From Vicinamibacterales bacterium (GTDB lineage Bacteria; Acidobacteriota; Vicinamibacteria; Vicinamibacterales; SCN-69-37): 64,000 nucleotides of DNA. The position numbers and the translations under genes are program-made. The DNA is taken from assembly GCA_040902895.1 (NCBI GenBank), contig JBBDWL010000047.1, positions 12,815-76,814 of the forward strand, read 5' to 3'. Below are positions 24,601 through 34,342 of this stretch, piece by piece (position 1 is the stretch's first letter; each line of letters begins with the position of its first letter). The notes beneath the pieces were generated by a model, which was not told the origin of the DNA, ran no database searches, and was given only the letters and a program-made list of their open reading frames with translations.

Positions 24601-25665
24601 TCACCCCATCAGCATCGCCAGCAGCGCCTTCTGCGTGTGCAGGCGGTTTTCGGCCTGGTCGAAGACGATCGAGCGTGGACTGTCGATGACGGCGTCGGTG
24701 ACCTCATCGCCGCGATGCGCCGGCAGGCAGTGCATGAAGCACGCCTCGGGGCCGGCGGCCTGCATCAGCGCCTCATTCACCTGATACGGCCTGAAGATCG
24801 CATCGCGTTCCGCAGCCTGTTCTTCCTGGCCCATCGACGCCCAGACGTCGGTATAGACGGCGTCGGCGTCTTTGACGGCTTCGACAGGATCGCCGGTGAG
24901 CACCAGACGCGCGCCCCTGACGGCCTTGGCCCGCGCCGCGGCGGCGACATCCGCAGGCAGCTCGTAGCCTTTCGGCGAACCAATGCGGACGTTGATGCCG
25001 AGCATCAGCCCCGCCTGCGCGAGCGAGGCCGCGACATTATTGCCGTCGCCGACGTACGCCAGCGTCGCGCCCTCGAGCGAACCGCGCTGTTCGCGCAGGG
25101 TCAGCAGATCGGCAAGTGCCTGGCACGGATGCTCTTCGTTGGTCAGCGCATTGATGACGTGCATGCGCGGCGCCGCGGCGGCGAATTCCGCCAGCCGCGC
25201 CTGCTCGTAGGTGCGGACGACACAGCCTGCGACCCAGCGCTCGAGATTGCGCGCGACATCGGCGAGCGACTCGCGGCCGCCGAGCGCGACATCGGCCGGA
25301 GGCTCGATGACGTTGCCGCCCAGCTCGCGCACGGCGATCGTGAATGTCGATCGCGTGCGCAGCGACGGCTTCTCGAAGAGCAGCGCGATGTGCGCTCCAG
25401 CCAGCGGCATCACTTCCGGGAGATGCTCTTTTGATGGCGGCGGGGACCCCTGCACCCCGCCTAGCTCGCTCACTCGCGGGGCCCCGATGCCCCGCTCCGT
25501 TCGCTCGCGCCGCGCGGACTTCATCCCTGACGCGAGATCGAGACACGCTTCCAGTCCTTCAGGCGTGAAGTCGAGCACCGAAAGGAAATCCTTGGGCAGA
25601 CTGGTTGCTGGTTGCGGGTTGCTGGTTGCTGGTGCGACCGCCGCCACGCTGAGCGCTTGTTTCAC
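24601..25665 (-). CDS. argF: Ornithine carbamoyltransferase carrying an in-frame family-A repeat and a heptamer-encoded N-terminal extension
   Basis: FEKPSLRTRSTF (carbamoyl-phosphate site), HPCQALAD, HCLPAHRGDEV. The GTG start overlaps the argJ stop. The insert RERTERGIGAPRVSELGGVQGSPPP lies in the variable loop before the STRTR motif. Confidence 0.9.
   Translation of the reverse strand: MKQALSVAAVAPATSNPQPATSLPKDFLSVLDFTPEGLEACLDLASGMKSARRERTERGIGAPRVSELGGVQGSPPPSKEHLPEVMPLAGAHIALLFEKPSLRTRSTFTIAVRELGGNVIEPPADVALGGRESLADVARNLERWVAGCVVRTYEQARLAEFAAAAPRMHVINALTNEEHPCQALADLLTLREQRGSLEGATLAYVGDGNNVAASLAQAGLMLGINVRIGSPKGYELPADVAAAARAKAVRGARLVLTGDPVEAVKDADAVYTDVWASMGQEEQAAERDAIFRPYQVNEALMQAAGPEACFMHCLPAHRGDEVTDAVIDSPRSIVFDQAENRLHTQKALLAMLMG
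25438..25504 (+). repeat. Family-A GC-rich double-hairpin repeat, copy 2 (inside argF)
   Basis: GGCGGGG-acccctgca-CCCCGCC tagctcgctcactc GCGGGGC-cccgat-GCCCCGC. Confidence 0.85.
25601..25635. repeat. Heptanucleotide tandem array (CTGGTTG-like x5) inside the argF 5' coding end
   Basis: ctggttg ctggttg cgggttg ctggttg ctggtgc; it is translated as APATSNPQPATS. Confidence 0.75.
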
Positions 25666-26879
25666 GTTCTGTACTCCCCGTTAATCCGCACGTACTCGGC
25701 GCTGAAGTCGCACGTCCAGACGGTCGCGTGATGCGATCCGAGGCCGAGATCGACCGTGATCTCGATCGTTTTCTCCCGCAGCACCACCGCAGCCTGCTCG
25801 GCCCTGTCGTCGTGCGGCCGGCCTTTCGCGAACAGCTCGACGCCGCCGATCGACACCGACGTGCGCGTGAGATCGAAGTCGGCGCCCGATCGGCCCGCCG
25901 CGGCCACCAGGCGTCCCCAGTTCGGATCGCCGCCGTGAATGGCCGTCTTCACCAATGGCGAATTCGCAATCGTGCGCGCCGCCAGCCACGCGTCTGCGTC
26001 ACTCGCGGCGCCGGTCACATGGATGGTCACCAGCTTCGTCGCGCCTTCGCCGCCGCGCACGATCTCGCGCGCGAGAAACCCCGAGACGTCGATCAGCGCC
26101 GCCACGAAATCATCGAGATCGCTGTCGCGAATCGCCGTGCCACCCGCGCCGCTGGCGAGCGCGATGACGCAGTCGTTGGTCGAGCATTCCCCGTCGACGG
26201 TGATGGCGTTGAACGTCACGTCCACCGCCTTCACCAGCGCGCGCTGCAGCAGCGCCGGTTCAATCTCCACATCCGACGTCAGAAACGCCAGCATCGTCGC
26301 CATCCGGGGTTCGATCATGCCGGAGCCCTTGGCGATGCCGCCGATCCTGAACGCGCGGCCGTCGGCGAGCGTGCATTCGATTGCCCGTGCCTTGGGGAAC
26401 GGATCGGTCGTCATGATTGCGCGCGCGGCCGCCTCGCCCGCGTCTGTGGCACGTGCGCTCACAGCCCGGGCAATGCCGTTGCGCACGTTGTCCATCGGCA
26501 GGTTCACGCCGATGACACCGGTTGAAGCGACCAGCACCTCTTCGATCGCGCATCCGAGCAGTGACGCCGTGAGCGATGCCATCTCATAGGCATCGGCTGC
26601 GCCTTGTTCCGCGGTGCAGGCATTGGCGCATCCGGCGTTGATGACAATCGCCTGCGCGCGTCCGCCCGATGCCTCGAGATGGGCGATCGACAGCAGCACC
26701 GGCGCCGCCTTCGCCTTGTTGATCGTGAAGACGCCGGCCGCCGCGCAATCGCCATTGGCGGCGATCAACGCCACGTCGGGATTGCCGTTCTTCTTGATGC
26801 CCGCCGCGATGCCTGCCGCCGTGAATCCGGCCGGCGCGGTAATCGCGCCCTCGATCTGCCTGATCGCCACCTGCGTCAC
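25662..26879 (-). CDS. argJ: Bifunctional glutamate N-acetyltransferase / amino-acid acetyltransferase
   Basis: The length and the ATMLAFLTSD autoprocessing-site region are typical of ArgJ. It ends ...EYVRINGEYRT. Confidence 0.9.
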   Translation of the reverse strand: MTQVAIRQIEGAITAPAGFTAAGIAAGIKKNGNPDVALIAANGDCAAAGVFTINKAKAAPVLLSIAHLEASGGRAQAIVINAGCANACTAEQGAADAYEMASLTASLLGCAIEEVLVASTGVIGVNLPMDNVRNGIARAVSARATDAGEAAARAIMTTDPFPKARAIECTLADGRAFRIGGIAKGSGMIEPRMATMLAFLTSDVEIEPALLQRALVKAVDVTFNAITVDGECSTNDCVIALASGAGGTAIRDSDLDDFVAALIDVSGFLAREIVRGGEGATKLVTIHVTGAASDADAWLAARTIANSPLVKTAIHGGDPNWGRLVAAAGRSGADFDLTRTSVSIGGVELFAKGRPHDDRAEQAAVVLREKTIEITVDLGLGSHHATVWTCDFSAEYVRINGEYRT

Positions 26880-26880
26880 G

Positions 26881-27390
26881 TCAGGCAGCGCTCGCCGCCA
26901 GCCGCGACTGGTGCGTCGACCCTGCCATCAATTCCAGCGGCAGCAACATCGCGTACTGCTCACAGCGGCGGAAGAACGCGCACGACGTGCAGTTCGCCTG
27001 AATCTTCTCGGGCACCCAGGTATGCGGCACGATCGAAAAGCCCTGCTTCACGAAGAAGCTGGGGCTGTGCGTGAAGGCGCAGAGCGACAGATAACCGGCG
27101 TCGCGAGCCGCGCTCACCAGCGCCGCCATCAGGTCAGACGCCACGCCGCTGCCGCGATGCTCGCGATCGACGACGAGCGAGCGCACCTCGGCCACGTGTG
27201 ACGACAACTTCATGAGCTCCGCGCACGCGACAATCCGGCCGGCATCTTCGATCACGACGAAGCGATCCGCGTGCACCTGCAGCTCCGCCAGCGAGCGCGG
27301 CAGCAGATGGCCTTCCACGCGATGCGACTCGATCAGCGCGAACAGCGCGCCGGCTTCGGCCTGATTGGCGTTGCGGATGGTCTTCGTCAT
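26881..27390 (-). CDS. GNAT-family N-acetyltransferase, short N-acetylglutamate-synthase-like
   Basis: The GNAT core is VRSLVVDREHRGSGVASDLMAAL. It is embedded in the arg operon between argD and argJ with 4-nt/1-nt junctions. Confidence 0.7.
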   Translation of the reverse strand: MTKTIRNANQAEAGALFALIESHRVEGHLLPRSLAELQVHADRFVVIEDAGRIVACAELMKLSSHVAEVRSLVVDREHRGSGVASDLMAALVSAARDAGYLSLCAFTHSPSFFVKQGFSIVPHTWVPEKIQANCTSCAFFRRCEQYAMLLPLELMAGSTHQSRLAASAA

Positions 27391-28577
27391 AGCACGTCAC
27401 CCAGAATCGATACGGCCTCGTCGATGTGCGCTTCCGTCACGATGAACGCCGGCAGCAGCCGCAGCACGGTATCGGCGGTGCGATTGATCAGCAGTCCGTG
27501 CTCGAGTGCGGCGGCAACGACGGCCGCACTGTCGCCGTCCACTTCGATGCCGCGCATCAACCCGACGCCGCGCACGTCCTTCACTCGTGGATGGCGCGAT
27601 GCGAGGCGCTCGAGGGCCGCGCCGAGGTGCTGGCCCATGGCGCGCGCATGATCGAGCAGCCCGCCCTCGAGCTCGTCGAGCACCGTCAGCGCCGCGCGGC
27701 AGGCGAGCAGGTTGCCGCCGAACGTGCTGCCGTGATCGCCGAGCGCAGCCCGCTGTGCCACGCGCTCGCTCAAAAGCGCCGCGCCAACCGGCATGCCGCC
27801 GCCGAGCGCCTTGCCGATCGCCATCAGGTCGGGCACCAGGCCGAGCGTGGCCGAGTGAAACATCTGCCCGGTGCGGCCCATCCCTGACTGCACTTCGTCG
27901 GCAATCAGCAGCGCGCCGGTGCGGCCGCAGTGTTCCGCGAGAACGGCCACGACCTCCGCTGACAGCGGGCGCACGCCGCCTTCACCCTGAACGGGCTCGA
28001 CGATGACGGCCGCCGCGTCGCCGGTGATCGCCGTGGCAACAGACGCCGCGTCATGCGGATCCGCGAACACCACATCGGCGAGCAGCGGACCGAACGGCTC
28101 GCGATACGCGGGCTGCCACGTGACCGACAGCGATCCCATCGTGCGGCCGTGGAAGCTGTGCTCGAGCGCCACGAGCTTTCGTCGCGCAGGCGCCGCGCCC
28201 TTTTCGCTCCAGTACTTGCGCGCGAACTTGAGGCACGCTTCAACCGCTTCGGTGCCGCTGTTGCAGAAGAACGCGCGCGGCAGACCCGAGTGCGCCGCGA
28301 GACGCGCCGCGAGCTCGCCCTGCAGCGGATGAAAGTACAGGTTGCTCGTGTGCGCGAGCGATGCGGCCTGCGCGCCGAGCGCCTGTGCGAGTCCGGCATG
28401 CGCGTGTCCGAGCGCCGCGACGCCGACACCCGACACGAAATCCAGGTACCGCCGTCCGTCGCGGTCGAACAGATACATGCCCTCGCCGCGTTCGAACACG
28501 ACGTTCGATCGGCGGTACACCTGCAGGACGTGCGCATTCTCGATCGCCTGCGTTGTCTGCATGCCGGCCGCCGTCAT
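27387..28577 (-). CDS. argD: Acetylornithine aminotransferase (class III PLP aminotransferase)
   Basis: GEGMYLFDRDGRRYLDFVSGVGVAALGH, LIADEVQSGMGRTG, HGSTFGGN. The start is trimmed to ATG 28577, which overlaps the argB stop (ATGA). The listed 548-aa ORF is an upstream read-through artefact. Confidence 0.9.
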   Translation of the reverse strand: MTAAGMQTTQAIENAHVLQVYRRSNVVFERGEGMYLFDRDGRRYLDFVSGVGVAALGHAHAGLAQALGAQAASLAHTSNLYFHPLQGELAARLAAHSGLPRAFFCNSGTEAVEACLKFARKYWSEKGAAPARRKLVALEHSFHGRTMGSLSVTWQPAYREPFGPLLADVVFADPHDAASVATAITGDAAAVIVEPVQGEGGVRPLSAEVVAVLAEHCGRTGALLIADEVQSGMGRTGQMFHSATLGLVPDLMAIGKALGGGMPVGAALLSERVAQRAALGDHGSTFGGNLLACRAALTVLDELEGGLLDHARAMGQHLGAALERLASRHPRVKDVRGVGLMRGIEVDGDSAAVVAAALEHGLLINRTADTVLRLLPAFIVTEAHIDEAVSILGDVL

Positions 28578-29368
28578 CTGAGTGCCGTTCCCTGCTCGAA
28601 GCCCGCACTTCGTCCGTCGACGATGCGCACGTCGGCGACGCCTGCCTCGCGCGCGCTCTGACACGCGCGAAGCTTCGCCATCATGCCGGCCGTTGCCGTG
28701 CCGGCATCGAGCATCGACTGCAGCGCGTGCGAGTCGAGCGCATCGATGCGCCTGCCGGCCGAATCGAGCACGCCCGGCGTGCCGCCTGCGACGATCAACC
28801 GCTCCGCTCCGACTATGGAGGCCACGTGCGCCGCCATCACGTCGGCGTTGACATTGAGGAGCTCGCCTGCGCCACCACTCGTCGCGCCGATGCTGGCGAT
28901 CACCGGCACGTACCCGGCCGCGCACAGATCCGTGAGCAGTCGCCGATCGCCGCCCCCTATGGGACGCCCAACCAGGCCGGGATCGACAACGGCGCCTGAA
29001 TTGGTTTCCATGGCCGTGACGCGTTCGCACCACGCCAGTCCCGCGTCTGCGCCGGTCAGGCCCACGGCGCGCACACCGCGGGCGCCGAGTGCGGCCACGA
29101 GCGTCGTATTGGCAGTGCCGGCAAGCACCGCGACCACCGCATCGAGCGTGGCCTCGTCAGTGACGCGGATGCCGTCGCGTTTGTCCGGCGTGAGGCCGCG
29201 CCGCGCGAGCTCGGCATCGATCGCCCGGCCGCCGCCATGCACGATCACGAGCGTCGTCGCGCGGTGGCTCAGGTCACGTGCGAGTGCCGCCACGGCGTCA
29301 GCCGTGCGCGCCAGATCCTGCTGCGCTTCGATCAACTCGCCGCCCAGCTTCAGCACAGTGACGTTCAT
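28574..29368 (-). CDS. argB: Acetylglutamate kinase
   Basis: VLKLGGE...VIVHGGG...NVNADVMAAHVA. ATG 29368 overlaps the argC stop. Confidence 0.9.
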   Translation of the reverse strand: MNVTVLKLGGELIEAQQDLARTADAVAALARDLSHRATTLVIVHGGGRAIDAELARRGLTPDKRDGIRVTDEATLDAVVAVLAGTANTTLVAALGARGVRAVGLTGADAGLAWCERVTAMETNSGAVVDPGLVGRPIGGGDRRLLTDLCAAGYVPVIASIGATSGGAGELLNVNADVMAAHVASIVGAERLIVAGGTPGVLDSAGRRIDALDSHALQSMLDAGTATAGMMAKLRACQSAREAGVADVRIVDGRSAGFEQGTALR

Positions 29369-30372
29369 GACAGCCCGGCCCGCTCGTCGAAGTCGAAGGC
29401 GACGTTGAAGTTCTGCACGGCCTGCCCGGCGGCGCCCTTCACGAGGTTGTCGATGCACGACACGAGCACCAGCCGGCGCGACGGCTCGTCGAACATCCAG
29501 CCGATGTCGCAGAAGTTCGTGTGCGCCACGTGCTTGACTTCCGGCAGCGCATCGCGCGTGAGTCGCACAAATGGCGCCGAGTCATACGCGGCCGTGAACG
29601 CCGCCTCGATCTCGAACGCGGTGGTTTCCGGCTTCACCCGCACGTAGATGGTCTCGAGAATGCCGCGATCGATTGGCACGAGATGCGGCACGAACGTGAC
29701 GTCGGCTCCGAGCTGCTGCTCGATCTCGGCGACATGCCGGTGGCCGAAGACGCCGTACGCCGCGACGCTTCCGTGCACTTCGGAAAAGTGGGTGCGATCG
29801 CTCGGCGTGCGTCCCGCGCCCGAAATGCCCGATTTGGCGTCGATGACGATGCCGCTCGCGAGGTTGAGCAGGCCGGCATCGGCGAGAGGCTGCAGCGCAA
29901 GCAGGGCGGCGGTTGGATAGCAGCCGGGACACGCCACGAGCGACGCCTCCCTGATCTCCGGGCGCGCGAGCTCCGTCAGCCCATACGCCACATCATCCGG
30001 CTGCATCGACGTCGCCGGATACCACTTCTGCCGGAGATCCAGATCGCGCAGGCGAAAGGCGCCGGAGAGATCGAAGATGCGCTTCACGCCGCGGGCGCGC
30101 AGGTCGGGCACGAGCGCCGCCGACGCCGCTTCGGGCACGGCGAGAAACACGACATCGGCGCTCGCGAGGCGATCGGTATCGAGCGGCTCGAGCTCGCCGT
30201 CCCACACGCGGGCGAGCTTCGGCAGCGGCCGCGCCGTGCTGCCCGCGCTCGACGTCATCGCGGCGGTCAACGAGGCGGCAGGATGGCCGGCGAGTATCCG
30301 CAGCAGCTCCTGTCCGGCGTATCCACTGGCTCCCGCGATGGCCACCGATACGGCGCTTGAATAATTATGCAT
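29365..30372 (-). CDS. argC: N-acetyl-gamma-glutamyl-phosphate reductase
   Basis: AIAGASGYAGQELLRIL, the catalytic-Cys region LVACPGCYPTAALLAL, and DNLVKGAAGQAVQN. Confidence 0.9.
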   Translation of the reverse strand: MHNYSSAVSVAIAGASGYAGQELLRILAGHPAASLTAAMTSSAGSTARPLPKLARVWDGELEPLDTDRLASADVVFLAVPEAASAALVPDLRARGVKRIFDLSGAFRLRDLDLRQKWYPATSMQPDDVAYGLTELARPEIREASLVACPGCYPTAALLALQPLADAGLLNLASGIVIDAKSGISGAGRTPSDRTHFSEVHGSVAAYGVFGHRHVAEIEQQLGADVTFVPHLVPIDRGILETIYVRVKPETTAFEIEAAFTAAYDSAPFVRLTRDALPEVKHVAHTNFCDIGWMFDEPSRRLVLVSCIDNLVKGAAGQAVQNFNVAFDFDERAGLS

Positions 30373-30373
30373 C
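30356..30373. promoter_or_regulatory. Candidate ARG box (ArgR operator half)
   Basis: cTTGAATAATTATGCATc matches the TNTGAATWWWWATTCANW consensus at 13 of 16 defined positions. It overlaps the argC start codon in the 81-bp argC-argR divergent region. Confidence 0.4.
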
Positions 30374-30453
30374 GTATGGTTTAGTTATACAGTCATAGGA
30401 CGCCGGGCGCAACTGTTAATGCGGATCTGGCGATCTGGTGATCTTTCTGAGTA

Positions 30454-30912
30454 GTGATGAAATCCTTCCGTCAGGCCCAGATCGCCGAGATCGTCGAGCG
30501 CGAGCAGATTCACTCGCAGCATGAGCTGCTTGCCCTGCTCAGGAAGCGCGGCATCGAGACGACGCAGGCCACGCTGTCGCGCGACATTCAGGAGCTGGGC
30601 CTGGTGAAGCGGGCGGCGGATGGCGCCTATGCGCGTCCCGCGCAGGCCGGGCTTGCGGTGGTCGATCGATCGGATTCGCTTCGCCGGCAGATCGCAGTGC
30701 TGCTGCGCGGTATCGAGCGCGTCGATCAGCTGCTCGTGCTGCGCACCGATCCCGGGCAGGCGCAGGCGCTGGGCGTGGCCATCGACCGCGCGCGTCTCAG
30801 AGAGATCGCCGGCACCATTGCCGGCGACGATACGATCCTCTGCGTGTGCCGGGGCAGGCCGGCCGCGGAAGGAGCGGCAGAACGGCTCGAGAACTGGATG
30901 TTGGGCAGGTAA
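30454..30912 (+). CDS. argR: Arginine repressor
   Basis: The winged-helix N-terminus is HELLALLRKRGIETTQATLSRDIQELGLVK. The C-terminal oligomerisation/arginine-binding domain contains GTIAGDDTIL. Confidence 0.9.
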   Translation: MMKSFRQAQIAEIVEREQIHSQHELLALLRKRGIETTQATLSRDIQELGLVKRAADGAYARPAQAGLAVVDRSDSLRRQIAVLLRGIERVDQLLVLRTDPGQAQALGVAIDRARLREIAGTIAGDDTILCVCRGRPAAEGAAERLENWMLGR

Positions 30913-30917
30913 AGCAG

Positions 30918-32177
<1,260 letters not shown>

Positions 32178-32188
32178 GCGTGGCAGCG

Positions 32189-33583
32189 ATGTGGTCGGGC
32201 CGCTTCGATGGCGGCCCTGACCCAGACGTCTTCGCGTTCGGCCGATCGTTTCCGTTCGATCGCCGGCTCGTCGAGGACGACATCACCGGCAGCATCGCCT
32301 GGGCCTGGGCGTTGGCGGCGGCGGGTGTGCTGTCGAGTGATGACGCAAAAGCGATTACGGCTGCACTCGAAGATATTCGGGCAGAGGCCCGGCTCGAAGG
32401 AATCTCAGACATGGGTCCCGCCGGCCGCCAGGCCGGTGGGGGCAACGACGAAGATGTGCATAGCTTCGTCGAGCGGCGGCTGATCGAGAAGGCCGGCGAT
32501 GCGGGCCGCCGTCTTCATACCGGACGGTCGAGAAACGAACAGGTCTCACTCGACCTGCGCCTCTATCTGCGCCGCCGCATTCCGGTCATCCAGCAGGAGG
32601 TGCGCGCGCTTGGCCTGGCGCTCGTCGAGCGCGCCGAGGCCGCCGGCGACGCCGTCATGCCGTCGTACACACACCTGCGCCGCGCGCAGCCGGTGCTGGC
32701 CGCGCATTTCTTTCTGTCGCACGTCGCGCCCCTCGAGCGCGATCTCGAACGATTCGATCAGGCGGCGTCAGCCGCCGACGCGATGCCGCTCGGGTCGGGC
32801 GCCATCGCAGGCACGAGCTACGACGTCGACACGCAGGCGCTCGCCACGCGGCTTGGATTCTCCAAGGTCGTCGCGAACAGTCTCGATGCGGCCGGCGATC
32901 GCGACTTTGCCGCCGAGTTCCTGTTCGCCGTCTCGATGACCGGCATCCATCTCAGCCGTCTCTGCGAAGACCTGATTATTTTTTCCACCGACGAGTTCGC
33001 ATTCTTCGATCTCGACGATGCGGTGGCGACCGGCAGCAGTCTGATGCCGCAGAAGAAGAATCCGGATCCGCTCGAGCTCGTGCGGGGAAAATCGGCGCGC
33101 GGGATCGGGCACCTGATGCAGTTTCTCGCGCTGCTCAAGAGCGTGCCGGCCGGCTATTCGAAGGACCTGCAGGAGGACAAGGAATCGATTTTCGACGCCG
33201 AAGACACGATCGTCGGCAGCCTGAAATCGACGGCCGCCGTCGTGCGCTCACTGACGTTCAATGCCGACGCCGCCCGCGCCGCGGCCTCAGGACTTCTGCT
33301 CGCAACCGAGGCCGCCGATTATCTGGTGTCGAAAGGGATGCCGTTTCGCCGCGCGCACGAAGTGGTCGGCGGCATCGTACGCGATCTGGTCGCGACGAGC
33401 GCTGATTTCTCGTCGCTGTCGACGGCCGACTGGAAGCGGTATGACGCGCTGTTCGATGAAGGTGTTCTTAAATGGATGACGCCGGAAGCGGCTGTCCGCA
33501 ACCGGCGCACCCCACAATCCACGAATCCCGCGCACGTTGCCGGCAAGCTGCAACAGGCCCGGGAACGGCTCTCTAGAACCTGA
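32189..33583 (+). CDS. argH: Argininosuccinate lyase
   Basis: MWSGRF..., HTGRSRNEQV, and GSSLMPQKKNPD (fumarate-lyase signature). An alternative GTG start lies at 32180. Confidence 0.9.
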   Translation: MWSGRFDGGPDPDVFAFGRSFPFDRRLVEDDITGSIAWAWALAAAGVLSSDDAKAITAALEDIRAEARLEGISDMGPAGRQAGGGNDEDVHSFVERRLIEKAGDAGRRLHTGRSRNEQVSLDLRLYLRRRIPVIQQEVRALGLALVERAEAAGDAVMPSYTHLRRAQPVLAAHFFLSHVAPLERDLERFDQAASAADAMPLGSGAIAGTSYDVDTQALATRLGFSKVVANSLDAAGDRDFAAEFLFAVSMTGIHLSRLCEDLIIFSTDEFAFFDLDDAVATGSSLMPQKKNPDPLELVRGKSARGIGHLMQFLALLKSVPAGYSKDLQEDKESIFDAEDTIVGSLKSTAAVVRSLTFNADAARAAASGLLLATEAADYLVSKGMPFRRAHEVVGGIVRDLVATSADFSSLSTADWKRYDALFDEGVLKWMTPEAAVRNRRTPQSTNPAHVAGKLQQARERLSRT

Positions 33584-34157
33584 AACTGATCCCGACTGTT
33601 CCCCTCCAGAAACGGAACGCCGTCACGTCAAAGTCGAGCTCTTCATCGTCAGCTTCCGTCATCTGACGGAAGTACCGCAGATCGCCGCGAATGCCGACAC
33701 GATCGGTGAAGAACCCCATCACGCCGCCGCCGAGGTTGAACCCCAATGCGTTGCGATCGACGTCGAAGGCATCGTCGACGTCGTCGACGAAGGTCTTGAG
33801 CATGCCGACGCCGGCCGTGGCATAGGGTCGAAACGCGCCGCGCGGGGCGCTCAACACGACGTTCGCCATCAGCGACGTGTAATTACTGCTGTCGACGAAG
33901 TCGACGTCGTCATCGTCTCCCTCGAAATACTCCGGTGCATACCCGAAGTCCACTTCGAAGCCGAGGATGCCGCCGCCCACGTACGTGAACGTGCCGCCGT
34001 ACGTCATCTTCGAGCCGTCAACGACGTCGTCGAAGTCTACGTTGTCGGTGCCTGCCGCGAAGCTTGCGCCGATGAAAGGAGTAAGAATCCACTCGGCCGC
34101 AGCCGTGGAGGGCGCGAGGCATAGCGCCATCGCGGTAATAACGAACAGTCGCTTCAT
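33573..34157 (-). CDS. Outer-membrane beta-barrel protein (OmpW/OmpA-like small porin family)
   Basis: It has a signal peptide (AMALCLAPSTAAA), alternating beta-strand pattern and a C-terminal ...GISFRF. It converges on and overlaps the argH 3' end by 11 bp. Confidence 0.7.
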   Translation of the reverse strand: MKRLFVITAMALCLAPSTAAAEWILTPFIGASFAAGTDNVDFDDVVDGSKMTYGGTFTYVGGGILGFEVDFGYAPEYFEGDDDDVDFVDSSNYTSLMANVVLSAPRGAFRPYATAGVGMLKTFVDDVDDAFDVDRNALGFNLGGGVMGFFTDRVGIRGDLRYFRQMTEADDEELDFDVTAFRFWRGTVGISFRF

Positions 34158-34249
34158 GGTGTCGGTAATCTCCCGACCGACACCCAGCAAGGACCGTGCC
34201 TTGAGAGCTCAGCGTTTGCCGTCGGCTGAGCCGCAGTGCGCCGCGCGGC

Positions 34250-34342
34250 CTACACAGGCGACGCCGCGCCTACCGCGATCATCGTCGCCCACAGCACCAC
34301 GCCGAAGGTGGCGATCATGAACGCGATCTGGTTTCTCGTCAT
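34250..34342 (-). CDS. Possible 30-aa single-pass membrane peptide (not in the ORF track)
   Basis: MTRNQIAFMIATFGVVLWATMIAVGAASPV. Its ATG overlaps the stop of the upstream gene (ATGA), which suggests coupling. Confidence 0.3.
   Translation of the reverse strand: MTRNQIAFMIATFGVVLWATMIAVGAASPV

Noticed and set aside
27387-29033. A 548-aa ORF suggesting an N-terminally extended ArgD.
   Set aside because: The first ~150 codons are low-complexity Arg/Gly-rich and overlap argB in another frame. A canonical aminotransferase N-terminus starts at ATG 28577, which overlaps the argB stop.
30374-30395. A possible second ARG box next to the good one (TATGGTTTAGTTATACAG).
   Set aside because: The best alignment to TNTGAATWWWWATTCANW on either strand gives no more than half of the defined positions. 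That is not distinguishable from AT-rich background.
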